Below, piece after piece: positions 9,639 through 21,682 of a stretch of 64,000 nucleotides of DNA; positions within the stretch are counted from its first letter, which is position 1, and every line of letters starts with the position of its first letter. A program made the position numbers and the translations under genes. The stretch lies in NCBI GenBank assembly GCA_027923505.1, contig BROI01000015.1, forward strand, positions 558,001 through 622,000, written 5' to 3'. This DNA comes from Mayamaea pseudoterrestris. Lineage: Eukaryota. The notes below the pieces were generated by a model. That model saw nothing but the letters and a program-made list of their open reading frames with translations, was not told the DNA's origin and did no database searches.

Positions 9639-10888
9639 TTAGTAGTGCTGAAGAAGTGCATCCAAGTGCTGATGAGATCCAGTCATCAGACGCGGGTCCA
9701 ATGCATTACGTTGGAGCGACAGCTGGTTAGCAATGCTCTGAAGGCGTAGCTGATTTCGCAATCGCTCAATTTCGCGAAGTTGCTGCAACAGAGACATGGA
9801 CGCAAACGATGTTTGGTCAAATAGCGAAGGAGGCTGAGCTCGTGTGGATGCCGCCAAATTTTCTATGAGTGTCCGCTGCGCTAGCTCCCGCCGAATGAAC
9901 GGAAGCAGCTCATGTGCAATGGGTTGAGTGGTCCCAGTCGTGGCCAAGGTCATTGCATTGCTTCGCATGGTCTCCAATGTGCTGGTACTCGGGAACATAG
10001 CGACACGAGGAGGCGAGGACGCATCAACATCCTTGACACAGTCATCCTTGCTTGAATTATGGCAACTCATTTGAACCGCAAGGCGATGCTCACCTCGTCT
10101 AAAGTACGGGTGAAAGTACGCTCCCATTTCTGGTCCTCGAACGATGCGTGAAAAGCCCCATCGATTGAGCTTGCGCGTAAAGCTAGAGTATTTCGACTGC
10201 TTGTGAAAGTGCGTTGGAAGGATCTTGGATTCAAGAGCCGTTTTGCTGTAAATAACAAAACTCCGTCCATGCGGGAGCCACGAGATGACCTTGCCGTATT
10301 CGGGTGTATCCAAAATTTCCATCAGCTGCACCAAGGCAGAAGGACGAAGTGAGTCATGAGTAATGATGACCTCGGCAGGCTTTGCACGATTACAAAAAGG
10401 ACACCTCCACTCCCGGGCCTTGCAAATTGCATCGACCTAAGACTGTCAATGTACATCTTTGATAGCCCACGCGAGGCAGCAGAGCGCTTTTGCTACGTGT
10501 ACAGAAGCATGCATGCATTCATTTGTTCCTCCAGTATCCGAAACATGAATGGTCGACCAACACCGTGCACAACTGCACAACGCAAGCGCATACGAACTTT
10601 CCCCGCAACTTGTGACATCAACAATCAACACAAGAAGTTCGAGTTTCGAGTAGTCATTTAGCATTAGCAACTGATAAAGCAGCAACCAAGCGCACTCAAT
10701 CGAGGTACTAATATTACTCGCGTTCGTCGCAAAATGTCAGTACGTACTCGTTGAGGAAAGGTCATGGAGATGTCGTCTGCCTCTCGACTGACAATCGACG
10801 GCATATCGCCGATACTCTTGCACATGGAGTTGCCTAAGATGAAGGTTGCAGCACCGTTAGAAGCAATCGGGTTAAGATGGGAGTTCAT
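9639..10888 (-). CDS. Heat shock transcription factor (HSF DNA-binding domain); exons 10888-10748 and 10325-9639
   Basis: MTFPQR|LMEILD...ISWLPHGRSF...SKYSSFTRKLNRWGF...YFHPYFRRG; GT..AG phase-0 intron 10747-10326. Confidence 0.9.
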
Positions 10889-11301
10889 TTTGCTTGCAAC
10901 TGCGAATGTGTCGGTTGCTCTTCTTGTCTGCTAGAACTACGGTAGAATGAAAATTTTGCTGCGAATCACGCAAGATGCATCAATCGGATGAAGGCTGGCC
11001 ACATGCTCCGTGTGTAATACTCTCACTTGGACTTTCAAACGAACCTCCGAGGATGCGCCAGATTTTCAATGTTTTCTTTGGGCAATTGGATATTGAGCGG
11101 GGCAATAAAAGACGACGACCCATGTGCGATGCCATCCACTTGTTTACCTCCAATCAGAGCGTTTTGGGATCACAAGTTGTACATCCAACATGTTCCCAGC
11201 AAAAGTACGACTATTGCCTGCGTCGCTATGCAAACTGTATGCATGGTTCAGTCACAGTTGTGGTTCTTTCCAATGCAGCCTGATACGTTTCTCGCCCGAC
11301 T

Positions 11302-11463
11302 CACGTGTGCGCCTGCCCAGCCGTCACGTGGCGACCACTATCGGTCTTTCAGTAGTCGGTGGCCAACCACGGTCGGGCAGGCGCATAACTCAACGGACGG
11401 TTGAGCGCGCCTAATCCGACACTAGGGTTGGGGCTAATCGCAGAAAGTTCGCTGCGACACGTG
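11302..11463. promoter_or_regulatory. Cluster of three CACGTG (E-/G-box) motifs in the spacer between the two divergent HSF genes
   Basis: CACGTG at 11302, 11325 and 11458. Confidence 0.4.
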
Positions 11464-11590
11464 AAGCGACACAATCCATTGACCTCCGGCGATTATCTGG
11501 GATCAGCTGCTTCTCTATCGAGTCCCTGTCACCTTGCAAGAGCCTTCTCTTGATTATCTGGATTTGTTACTGTCTTGACGCCTTTGCAGA

Positions 11591-13015
11591 ATGCCTAGAG
11601 GACGAGAATCTGACGATGCGACATCCGAGGCAGTGGTTGAGATGTCGGATACGACTGCTCTACCTGTCGCAGCGGGCGATACGCCTGTCGAAACTCCCAT
11701 GAGCAAATCAGTCGAACTCGAGGATGGGGCAGTCAGCTTTCCGCACAAGGTAAGATTACGGAGGCTGGACGAGTGCTAGTCGTGTTGACAAAAGGCTTGC
11801 TTGCAGCGCGGATTCAAACGGACGGTGCGGAGGGAAGCAGCAGTTGAGGCGGCACGGCTGTGTGGCTGTCGCGCGAGCATACAGCGTTTCATGTCCCAAT
11901 AGTCTTTCATTGTATCTATTTCATCTCGCGCTTGCATAATGCATCTCAATCTAATATTATCGCATTTGCCTCTACATTATTTCAGTTGCATGAAATTTTG
12001 AGCGACGAGAGCAATAACGATATCATCGCTTGGCTCCCAAACGGCAAGGGCTTCCAGATTGTCAACAAGAAACGGTACGCGAGATCATTCCTTGTTTCGC
12101 TCGTTAACTTGCGTTGTAATTTACTCACAAATTTAATTCCAACAGATTTGCCGCAGAGACGCTTCCGCGCTATTTCAGCAAGAAATCGAAGTTCACCAGT
12201 TTTACGCGCAAGTTGAACCGCTGGAACTTTATTCGAGTTACAAGAGGAGCAGAGTCGTAAGTCATTTACTCTGCTTGAGCGGAGCGATTTTCTGATTCTC
12301 TTGGAGACTTATTTGTTTCATCTTCACTTATTTTCTTTGCAGAGGCGCATATTACCATGCGCAATTTCAGCGCGACGACCCAAAGATGGTTTCGCAAATG
12401 ACTTGCATTAACTCCAAGAGTCCGCAGCAACTGCAGCCCATGGATCCTGTTGCTTTGGGATTGGCGACTCCTTCAGGTGGTCAGTATCAGTGGCCGACTG
12501 ATCCTGCCGAACAAGCGCGGGCGGGTCAGTATTGGCAGCAGTGGATGCACTGGTTCCAGTCGCAGCAGAAGGACAAGAAGGAAGGCGAAGAAGGAGCCTT
12601 GGAGGATGTTACCAAGACGGACGACGGCGAAGACAAGAAGCCAAGCGCTGAAGGGGAGGCGCCGCAAGACATGCAAGCAATGATGGCGGCCTGGCAGTAC
12701 TACCAGTATTACTCCATGTCCTTGTGGCAGCAACAGCAGCAGAACCCACCCAACTCGCCGTTTCCGCCGCCTCCTGCGTCAGCTACTGCGACTGCTGCGG
12801 CCGCTGCCATGATGGAAGCTTCCACGGCTGCTGCAGTGGACGCGGCGACTGCCGCCGTTGCGGAAGCGCCTGCAGCCGATGCCATGGAAGTGGATGAAGC
12901 CGTTGCTGCAGCTGCCGCAGTCGCCGAAGGCGAGGAAGATGAAGAGGACAAGAAACTTGAGTCGAAGTCCAAGTCCGTTCCTTTGAAGAAGCAGATCAAG
13001 TCTCGCAAGGGATAA
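11591..13015 (+). CDS. Heat shock transcription factor; exons 11591-11749, 11986-12074, 12146-12256, 12343-13015
   Basis: Spliced product reads SFPHK|LHEILSD...IAWLPNGKGF...SKFTSFTRKLNRWNF...AYYHAQFQRD; all introns GT..AG; Q/W-rich then Ala/acidic tail. Confidence 0.9.
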
Positions 13016-13165
13016 GTATGTACTACAATGATTGGTTGCTGTCGTTTTCAGTTGGGATACGTGGAGTGATTGTGTATTCGATGCGGTGCATTTTCTCGTT
13101 CTTTGATTATAATTTAAGAACTATAATGCTTGTATACGCTTTGTGTCATGTATGTGTTCTATTCT

Positions 13166-14308
13166 TCAGTAGTTTCTACTCCAGTAGGCTGATATTAATT
13201 TCATGGAGCATTTCGAATGCTCTACAACGCCAATGTTCCGCAAGTCGCGATTTGTCAGCTGATATTTTGCACGTTCAAGTCGCTGAAGAAACGTTTCCGA
13301 GACAAGCCCCGGTAGTAGAGTCGCGACTGCGTAATCTCCATTTGGTTCCGCTCGAATCGACGATTGCAATGCACGTGCGTCGTCAAGATGCTTCTGAGCG
13401 CTCAATGCAATATCTCGAACAGCCTTCTGCAAGGCGGCAACGCACTCTTCGTCTCCCTGGCCCAATGCCGACAAGAGATATCGAGGAGACTTGACTCCAT
13501 AATTGCGACACAAATCGGCTGGAACAATAATTCTGCCGGTGATACTCATGACTGGAATGCTGGTTCGAAGAGCAATCGTCAAGCCATGTGTTAAACCCAC
13601 CAGTCGAGCTGCTTGATGGGCGATAGGATTTGTCAGTTCCGTCAACTTGCCACTCTCTAATACAAGCGACAGTAAATTAGCGCAGGATTGTTCCGCGTGC
13701 TTGTGCAAGTCCTCTAGCGATTCGTACTGCATGACAGTCAAGTCGTCTCGCCTACTTTGCAACAGCGTATTGAAGCGCTCCTTCTCCCAAGGTAAATTGT
13801 ATTCTTGCCGTAACGAGCGTAAAAGTCGAAGTGTTGGATGCTCTAGCAATGAGTCTTGCGAGGAAGCATCGTCAAAGACTCGGTCTATCTGCTGTTGCCA
13901 CCACTCCAAATGTTCCTCCGGACTGGAGTGAGGCGCAATTCGAGCCGTCGTTCCAAACCTCAAACCAGTTTCAACCCAAATGCTTCGTACGGCGTAATAT
14001 GACTGCACCATGGTAACATTTGCAAGCAGTCTTCCTGGTAGATAGCCGCTTGGATCATGTGAACGAACATTGTGAACGACGTGGTCAAGGTCGGCTTGTC
14101 TCTGAGAATTGCTGCTATGAGGAGCTGGAATGCGAAAGAAGCTAAAGCTGCTGACGCATCTACTTCGAGCAGCATTGACATGGTCAGCGACTGCTGCACA
14201 ACAAAGAGCTTTGCGACCCAGTAAAAACATGGTAATGGTGGCGACAAGGCTTCGAGGAGGTTTGTTTGATCTGTGAAAGTTGTTCGAAGAACACCGGATT
14301 TCATTCAT
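13166..14308 (-). CDS. NDUFAF6: Squalene/phytoene-synthase-fold protein, mitochondrial complex I assembly factor 6-like (start may be MFLLG at about 14230)
   Basis: VRSHDPSGYL, LEWWQQQID, EHPTLRLL, GLTIALR and IIVPADL match the NDUFAF6-type SQS/PSY family; no DDxxD motifs. Confidence 0.75.
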   Translation of the reverse strand: MNEIRCSSNNFHRSNKPPRSLVATITMFLLGRKALCCAAVADHVNAARSRCVSSFSFFRIPAPHSSNSQRQADLDHVVHNVRSHDPSGYLPGRLLANVTMVQSYYAVRSIWVETGLRFGTTARIAPHSSPEEHLEWWQQQIDRVFDDASSQDSLLEHPTLRLLRSLRQEYNLPWEKERFNTLLQSRRDDLTVMQYESLEDLHKHAEQSCANLLSLVLESGKLTELTNPIAHQAARLVGLTHGLTIALRTSIPVMSITGRIIVPADLCRNYGVKSPRYLLSALGQGDEECVAALQKAVRDIALSAQKHLDDARALQSSIRAEPNGDYAVATLLPGLVSETFLQRLERAKYQLTNRDLRNIGVVEHSKCSMKLISAYWSRNY

Positions 14309-14544
14309 TTTTTGATTGCCGATACGACGCGCAGATGGCAGCCCTGAAAAGGCCGAGCGTCAATGCTTGTTGATGCATTTTGCCTACCAGCTGGAGAAGG
14401 TAGAGTACGTTAACCTTTCTTCGTACACTTATATCAAAGAGTAGAATGCATGAACGTTGACAAAGCTGCGCTAAACCAACTAAAATAGGCAACGCCGATT
14501 CATTAACGCGTGACATGATGAGTTTATAGAAAGAGAATATTCGC

Positions 14545-15474
14545 CTACTTCTTTTTGCGCACCAAGTGCTTCTTGACTGCCTTTTGCTTGGGGAAGCGAC
14601 CATATGTTTCGCTTCTGTCAGGAACGCGGCCAGGTGGCTTGTGACGAATGCCCAAGCTGCTAATCATCTCCTCGTAGCGACTGGCATCATCCTTAATCAA
14701 AAAGTTTAGCAACCGACGACGCTTGTTCACAAGTGCAACAAGTCCGCGTCTCGTGGAAAAGTCCTTGGGATGTTCCTGCATGTGCTTGGTCAAGTAGGCA
14801 ATTCGCTCCGTCATGCCGGCGATTTGAAACTCGGCGCTTCCAGTGTCTGTCTCGGATCGGCGGTACTTTTGCTGCAATTGTTGCATGCGCTCTTGGCTTT
14901 GCTCGTACAGAGTCGGGCTAACGTCTAGAACAGCAACACCAGCAGTGTCATCGTCGTCCAAGTCTCCAATATTTACAATGAAATCGTCCGTGGACGGTTC
15001 ATCGTCGCTGTCATCCAATGCCTGCAGTGGAACGAATCGGTCGTTCTTTCGAACAGTCTGTGCAAGCTGCTGTAAGCGACGGAGTAGGAAATAGATGGAT
15101 GGTGAGACAATTATCGACATCGCGTATTATACAGTTTGTTATGCCTCTAATTTTATCAAGAGAAATGCCTGCAGCGTCCAACGAGCGACCTGCCATCGAA
15201 CAATCAAGTAAAGGTGCGATCCGACGACGAGTCGACAGCCATTACTATTGTCCTTTGATGGTAATTTGTACGGCCTATATATAATCAAAATTCCCATATA
15301 ACAGCTAACGTCAATATGACTCCTGCACCAGCATCAAGCTGTCAACAGCAGCCGAAGGTCATAACCCATCACAGCAGTTAAACTCACCGATTGCCTTGAT
15401 CCAATAGAAGGCGAAAAGGCCTCACAGTTAGACCACAGCAGTAAACAAGCAAACAGCGCTCGAGACGGGATCAT
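14545..15474 (-). CDS. rps15: Nucleus-encoded plastid 30S ribosomal protein S15; exons 15474-15388 and 15069-14545
   Basis: S15 core DTGSAEFQIA...HPKDFSTRRGL...KRRRLLNFL. Exon 1 encodes MIPSRALFACLLLWSNCEA-FSP (signal peptide + F); phase-0 GT..AG intron. Confidence 0.9.
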
Positions 15475-16016
15475 GGTTGACTCCTTCTATGTGAACGGAC
15501 GAACGATGGCGATGCGCTGTGATGGGTGGTGGGTTCAACGAACCAGCAAGTCCTTGACGACCAAGGGATCGTCGCTCAACTCGACTCAGCGCGCTTTCGC
15601 ATGCAAGCTGCCAAAGAACGTCAGTCCGCGGTCGACATTCGTGTGGCTGACACGATAGTGAATTGATCCAGTCTTGTTTGACGAAGCATTGCATTTTAGC
15701 TATTGTATGCTTCACAGGAATCTGGATTTGCGGCAGGGTCGATAAGTAGACTATCAACAGCACTATAGGATCACTGGTTTGTAAATTTATCTAAAGAATC
15801 ATCTATAGTACAAGTTTGCTAATGCGGCTCGCAAGACATACTTAAAAGCGCACAACCTTTACGTGCTGATTCCGGGCAACGAACAAACTGCAGAGCGCTT
15901 TAGCTGTACAAAGCCATTCTAAGCGTCCTAATTGTTTGCGCGGGAGCGACAGCGGTTGCAGCCAGTCGCCTTCCAATGCATACACTTTCAGTTGTAAGAC
16001 TCTCTTGTCTCGTGGA

Positions 16017-17410
16017 TCATATATGTTTAGCAACGGTAGCATTCTGGCGCGAGGCAATAAGCTCCTCCAGCGCAGCCTTTGCTTTATCCTGTTTATTGCG
16101 TACAGATAAGAGTCAGTGAGATGAATCCTGGCAGTAAGCAGCGAGATGTTGCGCACCACACGTACCTTGCAGGAGTGGCCCGTTGTGCATTGACCATACA
16201 AATTGTCCTTGGCAATGTCAATCAAGTGATCCGTTAGATACTGATTGATCCCTTTGATCTGTGAGCGATTGAGTCGAAAAAGGTTCTCGACTGTATCCCA
16301 GTACATGTAGGTAAGAAACGGGGTCGTCGCCTCGAGCTGCGACCGCGTCAAGTCAACGTGCAGCATGCCAGCCGAGGTTGGTGTCCGACTTCGGATAGCT
16401 TCAAATGTATGCGTCTCGATGAAATCAAGGCAATCCAATGCATGCTTCGCTCCACACCCCTTGTCGGCTGGCATGTCGCGCAAGGTGACGACAATTTTGT
16501 CGTGCGCAAATATCGGAACATCCGATTCGACCGTACCAACTGGAAACCCAACAGTGATTCCAGGCGTTATGCATAGTTTGTCATGCTTGATACCCGTCAA
16601 GACTCCATACGAGTATTCCGGCTGATCCATCCAGTGCCACTCAATGTGTCGTCTCGTGCACCAGTAGGTCCATCGAATGTTGGGCTCCTCAAACCGATGT
16701 ATTGCTCGCTCCTGTATATGCTGCAGCAAGTCAATATGCAATCCGTCGTCTGCGTCTAGTCGCGTCTCTAATACATGCTTTGTTTCGCTGTCGGCCATGA
16801 CTTGGTCGAGCAATTTTCGATTGCCAGTGAGAATGTTAACCTTTCGAAGCTCCTGCGGCTCGGCGCCGCCACGCCATGCGCCAGGAAATTGTCGATTGAT
16901 GCGAAAGTTCTTGTTGGAAAGTACAAGGTAAAAGTTTGAATGTGGTGCGAGAAGTGTTTGAAGCAGATGTAAAATGGCCTCGTCCAGATTGGGATCGGCC
17001 TGCAGAATCCAAATGAAGCGTTGAGAAGACTGCTGTTTCATGGTTGGAAAGCAAAAGACTTCAAAGAGTTTTAAACGCGCCCATGCTAGTGATTGAAGTG
17101 CAGACTGTTCCTGCATGAATCGCGTGTGTACAATGTGCACCAATGGCCATTTTGCAGCGTTCAAATCTTCACTTCCGAACAATGATGGCACGTGATGATT
17201 CAGGTGGCTGCTTTCAGTCGCAGCATTTAATGGAAGCAGAAAATATATCAGGCACCCACATGTTAACGATATTATGAGTATTAATGTGCATATAAGCTGC
17301 GGAGACCTTTGATTGCTGTGATATTTGCTGTCCTCCGATTGCAGTGGCAGTTCCAGTGCTGCCGACGAATCCTTGTTGATCGAGTAGATGTTTTGCGTCC
17401 GTCGCTGCAT
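16017..17410 (-). CDS. Type II membrane glycosyltransferase-like protein (putative rhamnosyltransferase family); intron 16165-16089
   Basis: N-terminal TM helix; RLKLFEVFCFPTMKQQ...FIWIL and TRLDADDGL (DxD) motifs; splicing gives a stop at 16017. Confidence 0.7.
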
Positions 17411-17724
17411 ATTGTTCGGTATCTTATTCAGATATTGTTCAACGAGCGACTTTATGCATTATATATGCTTCTTGGCAATCATTAAGGCCTTGTTGGCTTC
17501 GTAATTTCGCGCTATGGCAAGCGATTCGATCATGGTCGTTAAGGTCGCATGCTCACTCGCTTTTCTCGTGAACCATGGACGCGTCTTAGCGGTATAAATA
17601 ATGTCTTTTCAGTCGCGCTCTTAGATTTGAAGAATTTCGACGCAATGATGTGTATCACCATGACATTTCGTCGGCGCGGACTTGTTCATAAGACAAGTTG
17701 TATGAAGACTGAAAAAGCATAAGC

Positions 17725-18939
17725 ATGTTTCGTATAGCTATCAGCAGAGTGCACGGATCGCGTAGAAGGACTATTTTGACAAGCAGAACAGCTCAACATC
17801 GACCTTTGACGTCGATTAATAGATACGACCTCCTCGTCGTCCGTCACAACAACGTTTTCCACGTCAAACATTCACAACAGCCATATGTACGGCTCCTATC
17901 AATGCACCAAAGCAGATCACGATATAATCACGACGCTATACACCATAAAGGGCCGTCACAGCCTTGGGCTGGGTCGCAGCAGCAGCTGCTGCTACCGACA
18001 AGATCATTTGCTGCTCTTCTCGCTTGTTTCGTTGTACCTTCAATGGTAGTCGCATCAACGACGTTCAACGAGCCGCTAGAGCCATCTTCAGATGAAAGTT
18101 ATGCGAAAGACGAGGAAGATCCGTTTAGTTTGGATAAACTGCCGGAAGAAGACGAGGATACGGACTGTTTTCTTTGCCTCACGAATCGCAACGGACCATG
18201 TCGTGACTACTGGCGACCACTCGAGTATTGCGTCAAGAATCAAAGCTCGTCAAGTGATAATGACGAAAGTATTTGTGATCGTTACGTTAAACCATTTGAG
18301 CAATGCTGGTCGAAACATGCAGCACTCTACTTGCTCATTTCGCACGCCGTCACGCAGGCAACGCAAGTGAACAAGATTGAACGAGAATACGAAACAATTG
18401 TTCATGACAAATTGAAATCTTCATTTGATCCAATCATTGATTGGACCGTTTACGAGGAGTTTTGCCGACACGATGACGGCAGCGAGCAAGAGTCACTAAA
18501 AATCAATCGATCCGTTCTTGCCCAGTCGACTTGCAGTGACAGTGGCAGCTCGACCAAGCCATTGTGGGCCATGTTTCATGATCGCCAGCTTGAGCCGATG
18601 GTGGTTAACGTGTCGGCGTTGGTGCCTTTGCGATGTGATTTTGGCAGCGACGAGCACTCGGCATTAAGATCGCATGACAGCAAGGAAACAATTGCGGCAG
18701 CGACTTTTGGCTTGCGAGCAGCATATGCGTTAGACCAAGATGATAATCTTATAGGATATTTAGAGATTGCCGGCAATGAAATGGAGGGGGTCGGCTCCAC
18801 ACCGGTCAATAGAAAGCTGCTCATAACGCTTCTTCCTGGCTACACTGAGAGCATTCGAATAAAGGCGCTCTATGCAGACGACACGCACACCAAGCTTGTA
18901 TCAACCGAAATTACTCCTCTAAGTAGGTTTAATAAATGA
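17725..18939 (+). CDS. Protein with a GCK/CHCH-like twin-Cys domain, probably mitochondrial
   Basis: CFLCLTNRNGPCRDYWRPLEYC...CDRYVKPFEQCWSKH (two Cx9C); Arg/Ser-rich N-terminus followed by a hydrophobic segment. Confidence 0.6.
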   Translation: MFRIAISRVHGSRRRTILTSRTAQHRPLTSINRYDLLVVRHNNVFHVKHSQQPYVRLLSMHQSRSRYNHDAIHHKGPSQPWAGSQQQLLLPTRSFAALLACFVVPSMVVASTTFNEPLEPSSDESYAKDEEDPFSLDKLPEEDEDTDCFLCLTNRNGPCRDYWRPLEYCVKNQSSSSDNDESICDRYVKPFEQCWSKHAALYLLISHAVTQATQVNKIEREYETIVHDKLKSSFDPIIDWTVYEEFCRHDDGSEQESLKINRSVLAQSTCSDSGSSTKPLWAMFHDRQLEPMVVNVSALVPLRCDFGSDEHSALRSHDSKETIAAATFGLRAAYALDQDDNLIGYLEIAGNEMEGVGSTPVNRKLLITLLPGYTESIRIKALYADDTHTKLVSTEITPLSRFNK

Positions 18940-19624
18940 ATTACAGAACATCGCATCTTTTAATCTTATCGTCGTTGGAGCGAATGAGTGAGTGCGTGCA
19001 TCATAAGAACGTTTCCGACATCTTTACGAAGGACCCTTGCTCTCATTATAGTTGCGCATTTTGTGCACACTGACCATCGTCACAGTAAAGATCAAAATGA
19101 AGATGATGTGTCCGAGCCGTTGGGAAGACGAAGCAGGGCTCAAAGCTGAAGGCATGAAGAAGATGAGCAGTGAGAGCGGTGCTATGGTCGGTGACTTGAA
19201 AATTTTAATGATAGGTTTGCAGCAGAAATCAGAAATATAACTTCGTTCTCAACACACAGTGAGTACTATTTAGACAGCTCCAATAGTATAAAAGATGTCT
19301 TCTTCATGTTTCTCGTCCCTTTATATGCACACCGCATTGGCAAGCAGATAGCTTACCTCATACATTGTGACCATCAGTTCCTTGCCTGCGCGTGCAGTTC
19401 TCGTAAAGCAGTAGCTACACTGTGTGCAAACAACGAAGCGTTAGTTGCAAAGAAGCAAAATCAGGCAGTTGTGCACGACCGCTACATGGTAGCCATCATG
19501 CGATATGACGCTTCTAATCACAGAATTGGATATCAGAAACCGTAGTAATTGATGTTCATTGTAGAATCCTCGGCCATGTACCAGCAATTCCGTATCATGC
19601 ATCGACTGACGTACCATATCTCGC

Positions 19625-21337
19625 TCATTGCTCTGGTAGGTCATTCATTCGTCTCCTCGCAAGCACGTAATCGAAAAAGTGCACTTGGCCTTGAGTGGCG
19701 GCAATTTCATGCCAATACGGTACATGCAGCACGCGGTGCAGCGTCGATGTCTTGCTGGCATCCAAAAAAGGAGCCCTTGCTATTATGGTGCTACTCTGGG
19801 GTATGCAATCACTACCCGGCTGTAGGTCAACAATCCATTCGCACTTGTCCAAGCTCACGTAACGTGACGTTTCCTCCAAGTTGCGATCATTAAAGGGCTG
19901 CAAAACCATGTGACTTTGCGAAAGCGATCCAAATTCGGAAAATGGCTGAGGCAGTTGTCCCTTGAATGACGAAGGCAGAAAACCAAGTTGTACATGATCG
20001 GGCAAGAAAAAGCTGGATGGAAATCGATACCATTCCCCGCACGTGCACACCAACAATTCATCCTGACTACCAGTAGCATCAATGTCTTGCCGAGCCAGCG
20101 CCGCATAAAGGTGCAAGGGTGCCGTGTAATATTTTGTCAAAGCCGCCGTTCGTGCCAACGATAGCATCACAGCTGGAATCCAAACCATGGCGTGGCAAAG
20201 CATCCTCGTACGCCCGCTCAACTCCTTGCGCCTCGAAAAAGCTCCAATCAATCGTCCTGCTGCATTGCATGCAGCATCCAACGTCAACGTCGCGCCCAAA
20301 CACAAGAGTGGATACAAGGGAAACAAAAAGCGCTCCTCCTTGTGTGGTCGCGAAAACGTCATCGCAACCCATACCCACATGCTCAAAAGCATTAGCCAAA
20401 CATTCCAGTCTCGTCGCTGCGTAAAGTATGAAACAACGATAGCCGGCGCTCCGAATACTCCGGCAAGATTGGCGTTTACCAAAATATTTTTGATGTAATA
20501 TGAAATAGGTTCTACGCCGTAGAGCGAGTCGCTTCCACTCCCTGCATTGTACTGGAAAATGTTGAATGTTGGCGACGTCCAAACGCCATAGTACTGCTTG
20601 TCAACCATCATAACCATAGCTTGTATTGTCGTCGTCGTGACAACGAGAAAAATCAATGCTTTAAGCATTCCTCTGGCCTGCGCAAGCTGCATGAAAACTC
20701 TCACTCCAATCGGCACCAAAATGGCCGCTCCAAACGGCCATCCGGTTGCCAGCGTCGCAACAATCGCCGCCATGCAGAATGAAAGATGCTTACGTTGCAG
20801 CGCGAGCCCAAAACATACAAGTGAGACGGCAGTCCATGTACTTGATGGCAAAAAGGCTCCAGCCGAGTGTGTCATGCCAGGATTTACAAGCAGCAGCAAG
20901 GCGGTCCAAAGCACCACTCTTCCGCGAAGCTTTGTATCTGTATAGAGACATGATAGCCAGTAGATTTCTGCAAGCCCCGTTGCCAATGCAATGGTTGACC
21001 TCAGCATGATGAATAGAGCAAGCTTTTCGGTAACAACTTCGTCATGTGGCGCTAGAAGCTGCAATGCAGGCAGCACCCACTCGCGACGCTCCGCAATCAA
21101 AACTCGATAGACTCGCGCAATGCCATAGAGCGGCATAAGATACGCATACGTCCGCAATGCATACTCGTGCGCGTATTCCCAAACTTGAAGGCCGCTTTGG
21201 TAGAGCAAGTAGTGCAAGGGCTCCCAGTAATTGTAGACTTCATCGCAGTCGGATATCGGTAGGCGATTGGCGAGAAGAATGCGATAGCTCAAGTACAGCG
21301 GGATGGCAATATGATAGAGAGTCACGTGCGGCGGCAT
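19625..21337 (-). CDS. ALG9: Dol-P-Man alpha-1,2-mannosyltransferase (GT22)
   Basis: ISDCDEVYNYWEPLHYL, WEYAHEYALR, PHKEERFLFPLYP and EWYRFPSSFFLP motifs. Confidence 0.95.
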   Translation of the reverse strand: MPPHVTLYHIAIPLYLSYRILLANRLPISDCDEVYNYWEPLHYLLYQSGLQVWEYAHEYALRTYAYLMPLYGIARVYRVLIAERREWVLPALQLLAPHDEVVTEKLALFIMLRSTIALATGLAEIYWLSCLYTDTKLRGRVVLWTALLLLVNPGMTHSAGAFLPSSTWTAVSLVCFGLALQRKHLSFCMAAIVATLATGWPFGAAILVPIGVRVFMQLAQARGMLKALIFLVVTTTTIQAMVMMVDKQYYGVWTSPTFNIFQYNAGSGSDSLYGVEPISYYIKNILVNANLAGVFGAPAIVVSYFTQRRDWNVWLMLLSMWVWVAMTFSRPHKEERFLFPLYPLLCLGATLTLDAACNAAGRLIGAFSRRKELSGRTRMLCHAMVWIPAVMLSLARTAALTKYYTAPLHLYAALARQDIDATGSQDELLVCTCGEWYRFPSSFFLPDHVQLGFLPSSFKGQLPQPFSEFGSLSQSHMVLQPFNDRNLEETSRYVSLDKCEWIVDLQPGSDCIPQSSTIIARAPFLDASKTSTLHRVLHVPYWHEIAATQGQVHFFDYVLARRRMNDLPEQ

Positions 21338-21457
21338 GATTGATTCGATAGTAAGGGACTACCGTAGAAGATGGAAGCTTTCTGATGCTGCAAAATCGGC
21401 CATGGTGGTTTGGTTTTGTGGTCTTGCGCGCGCAAGCGTTGGATCCGTTTCCATTTA

Positions 21458-21466
21458 AAACCCTAA
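21458..21466 (+). promoter_or_regulatory. Telo-box-like AAACCCTAA in the divergent spacer between ALG9 and the 21683 gene
   Basis: Exact AAACCCTAA; function inferred only by analogy. Confidence 0.3.
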
Positions 21467-21682
21467 CCTTTTCTTTCCCGGAGTCGCGGTTGAATCTTCG
21501 TCGACAAACTCACAAAGGACTTCGTTGATGTGAGACCATTCGGCCGGAAACGCCACAATTTCGGCGGGAATACAAGCTTGTCTTGGCGAGAATGCTTTTG
21601 GAGACGGAAATGATGATGACAATCGTTTCTCATTTAACTCGCATCTTACGAGTGTTGAAAGTAACGCGCAATACAAAACACC

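Noticed and set aside
18980..19600. Short ORFs between the GCK-like gene and ALG9
   Set aside because: No recognisable domain or convincing gene structure.
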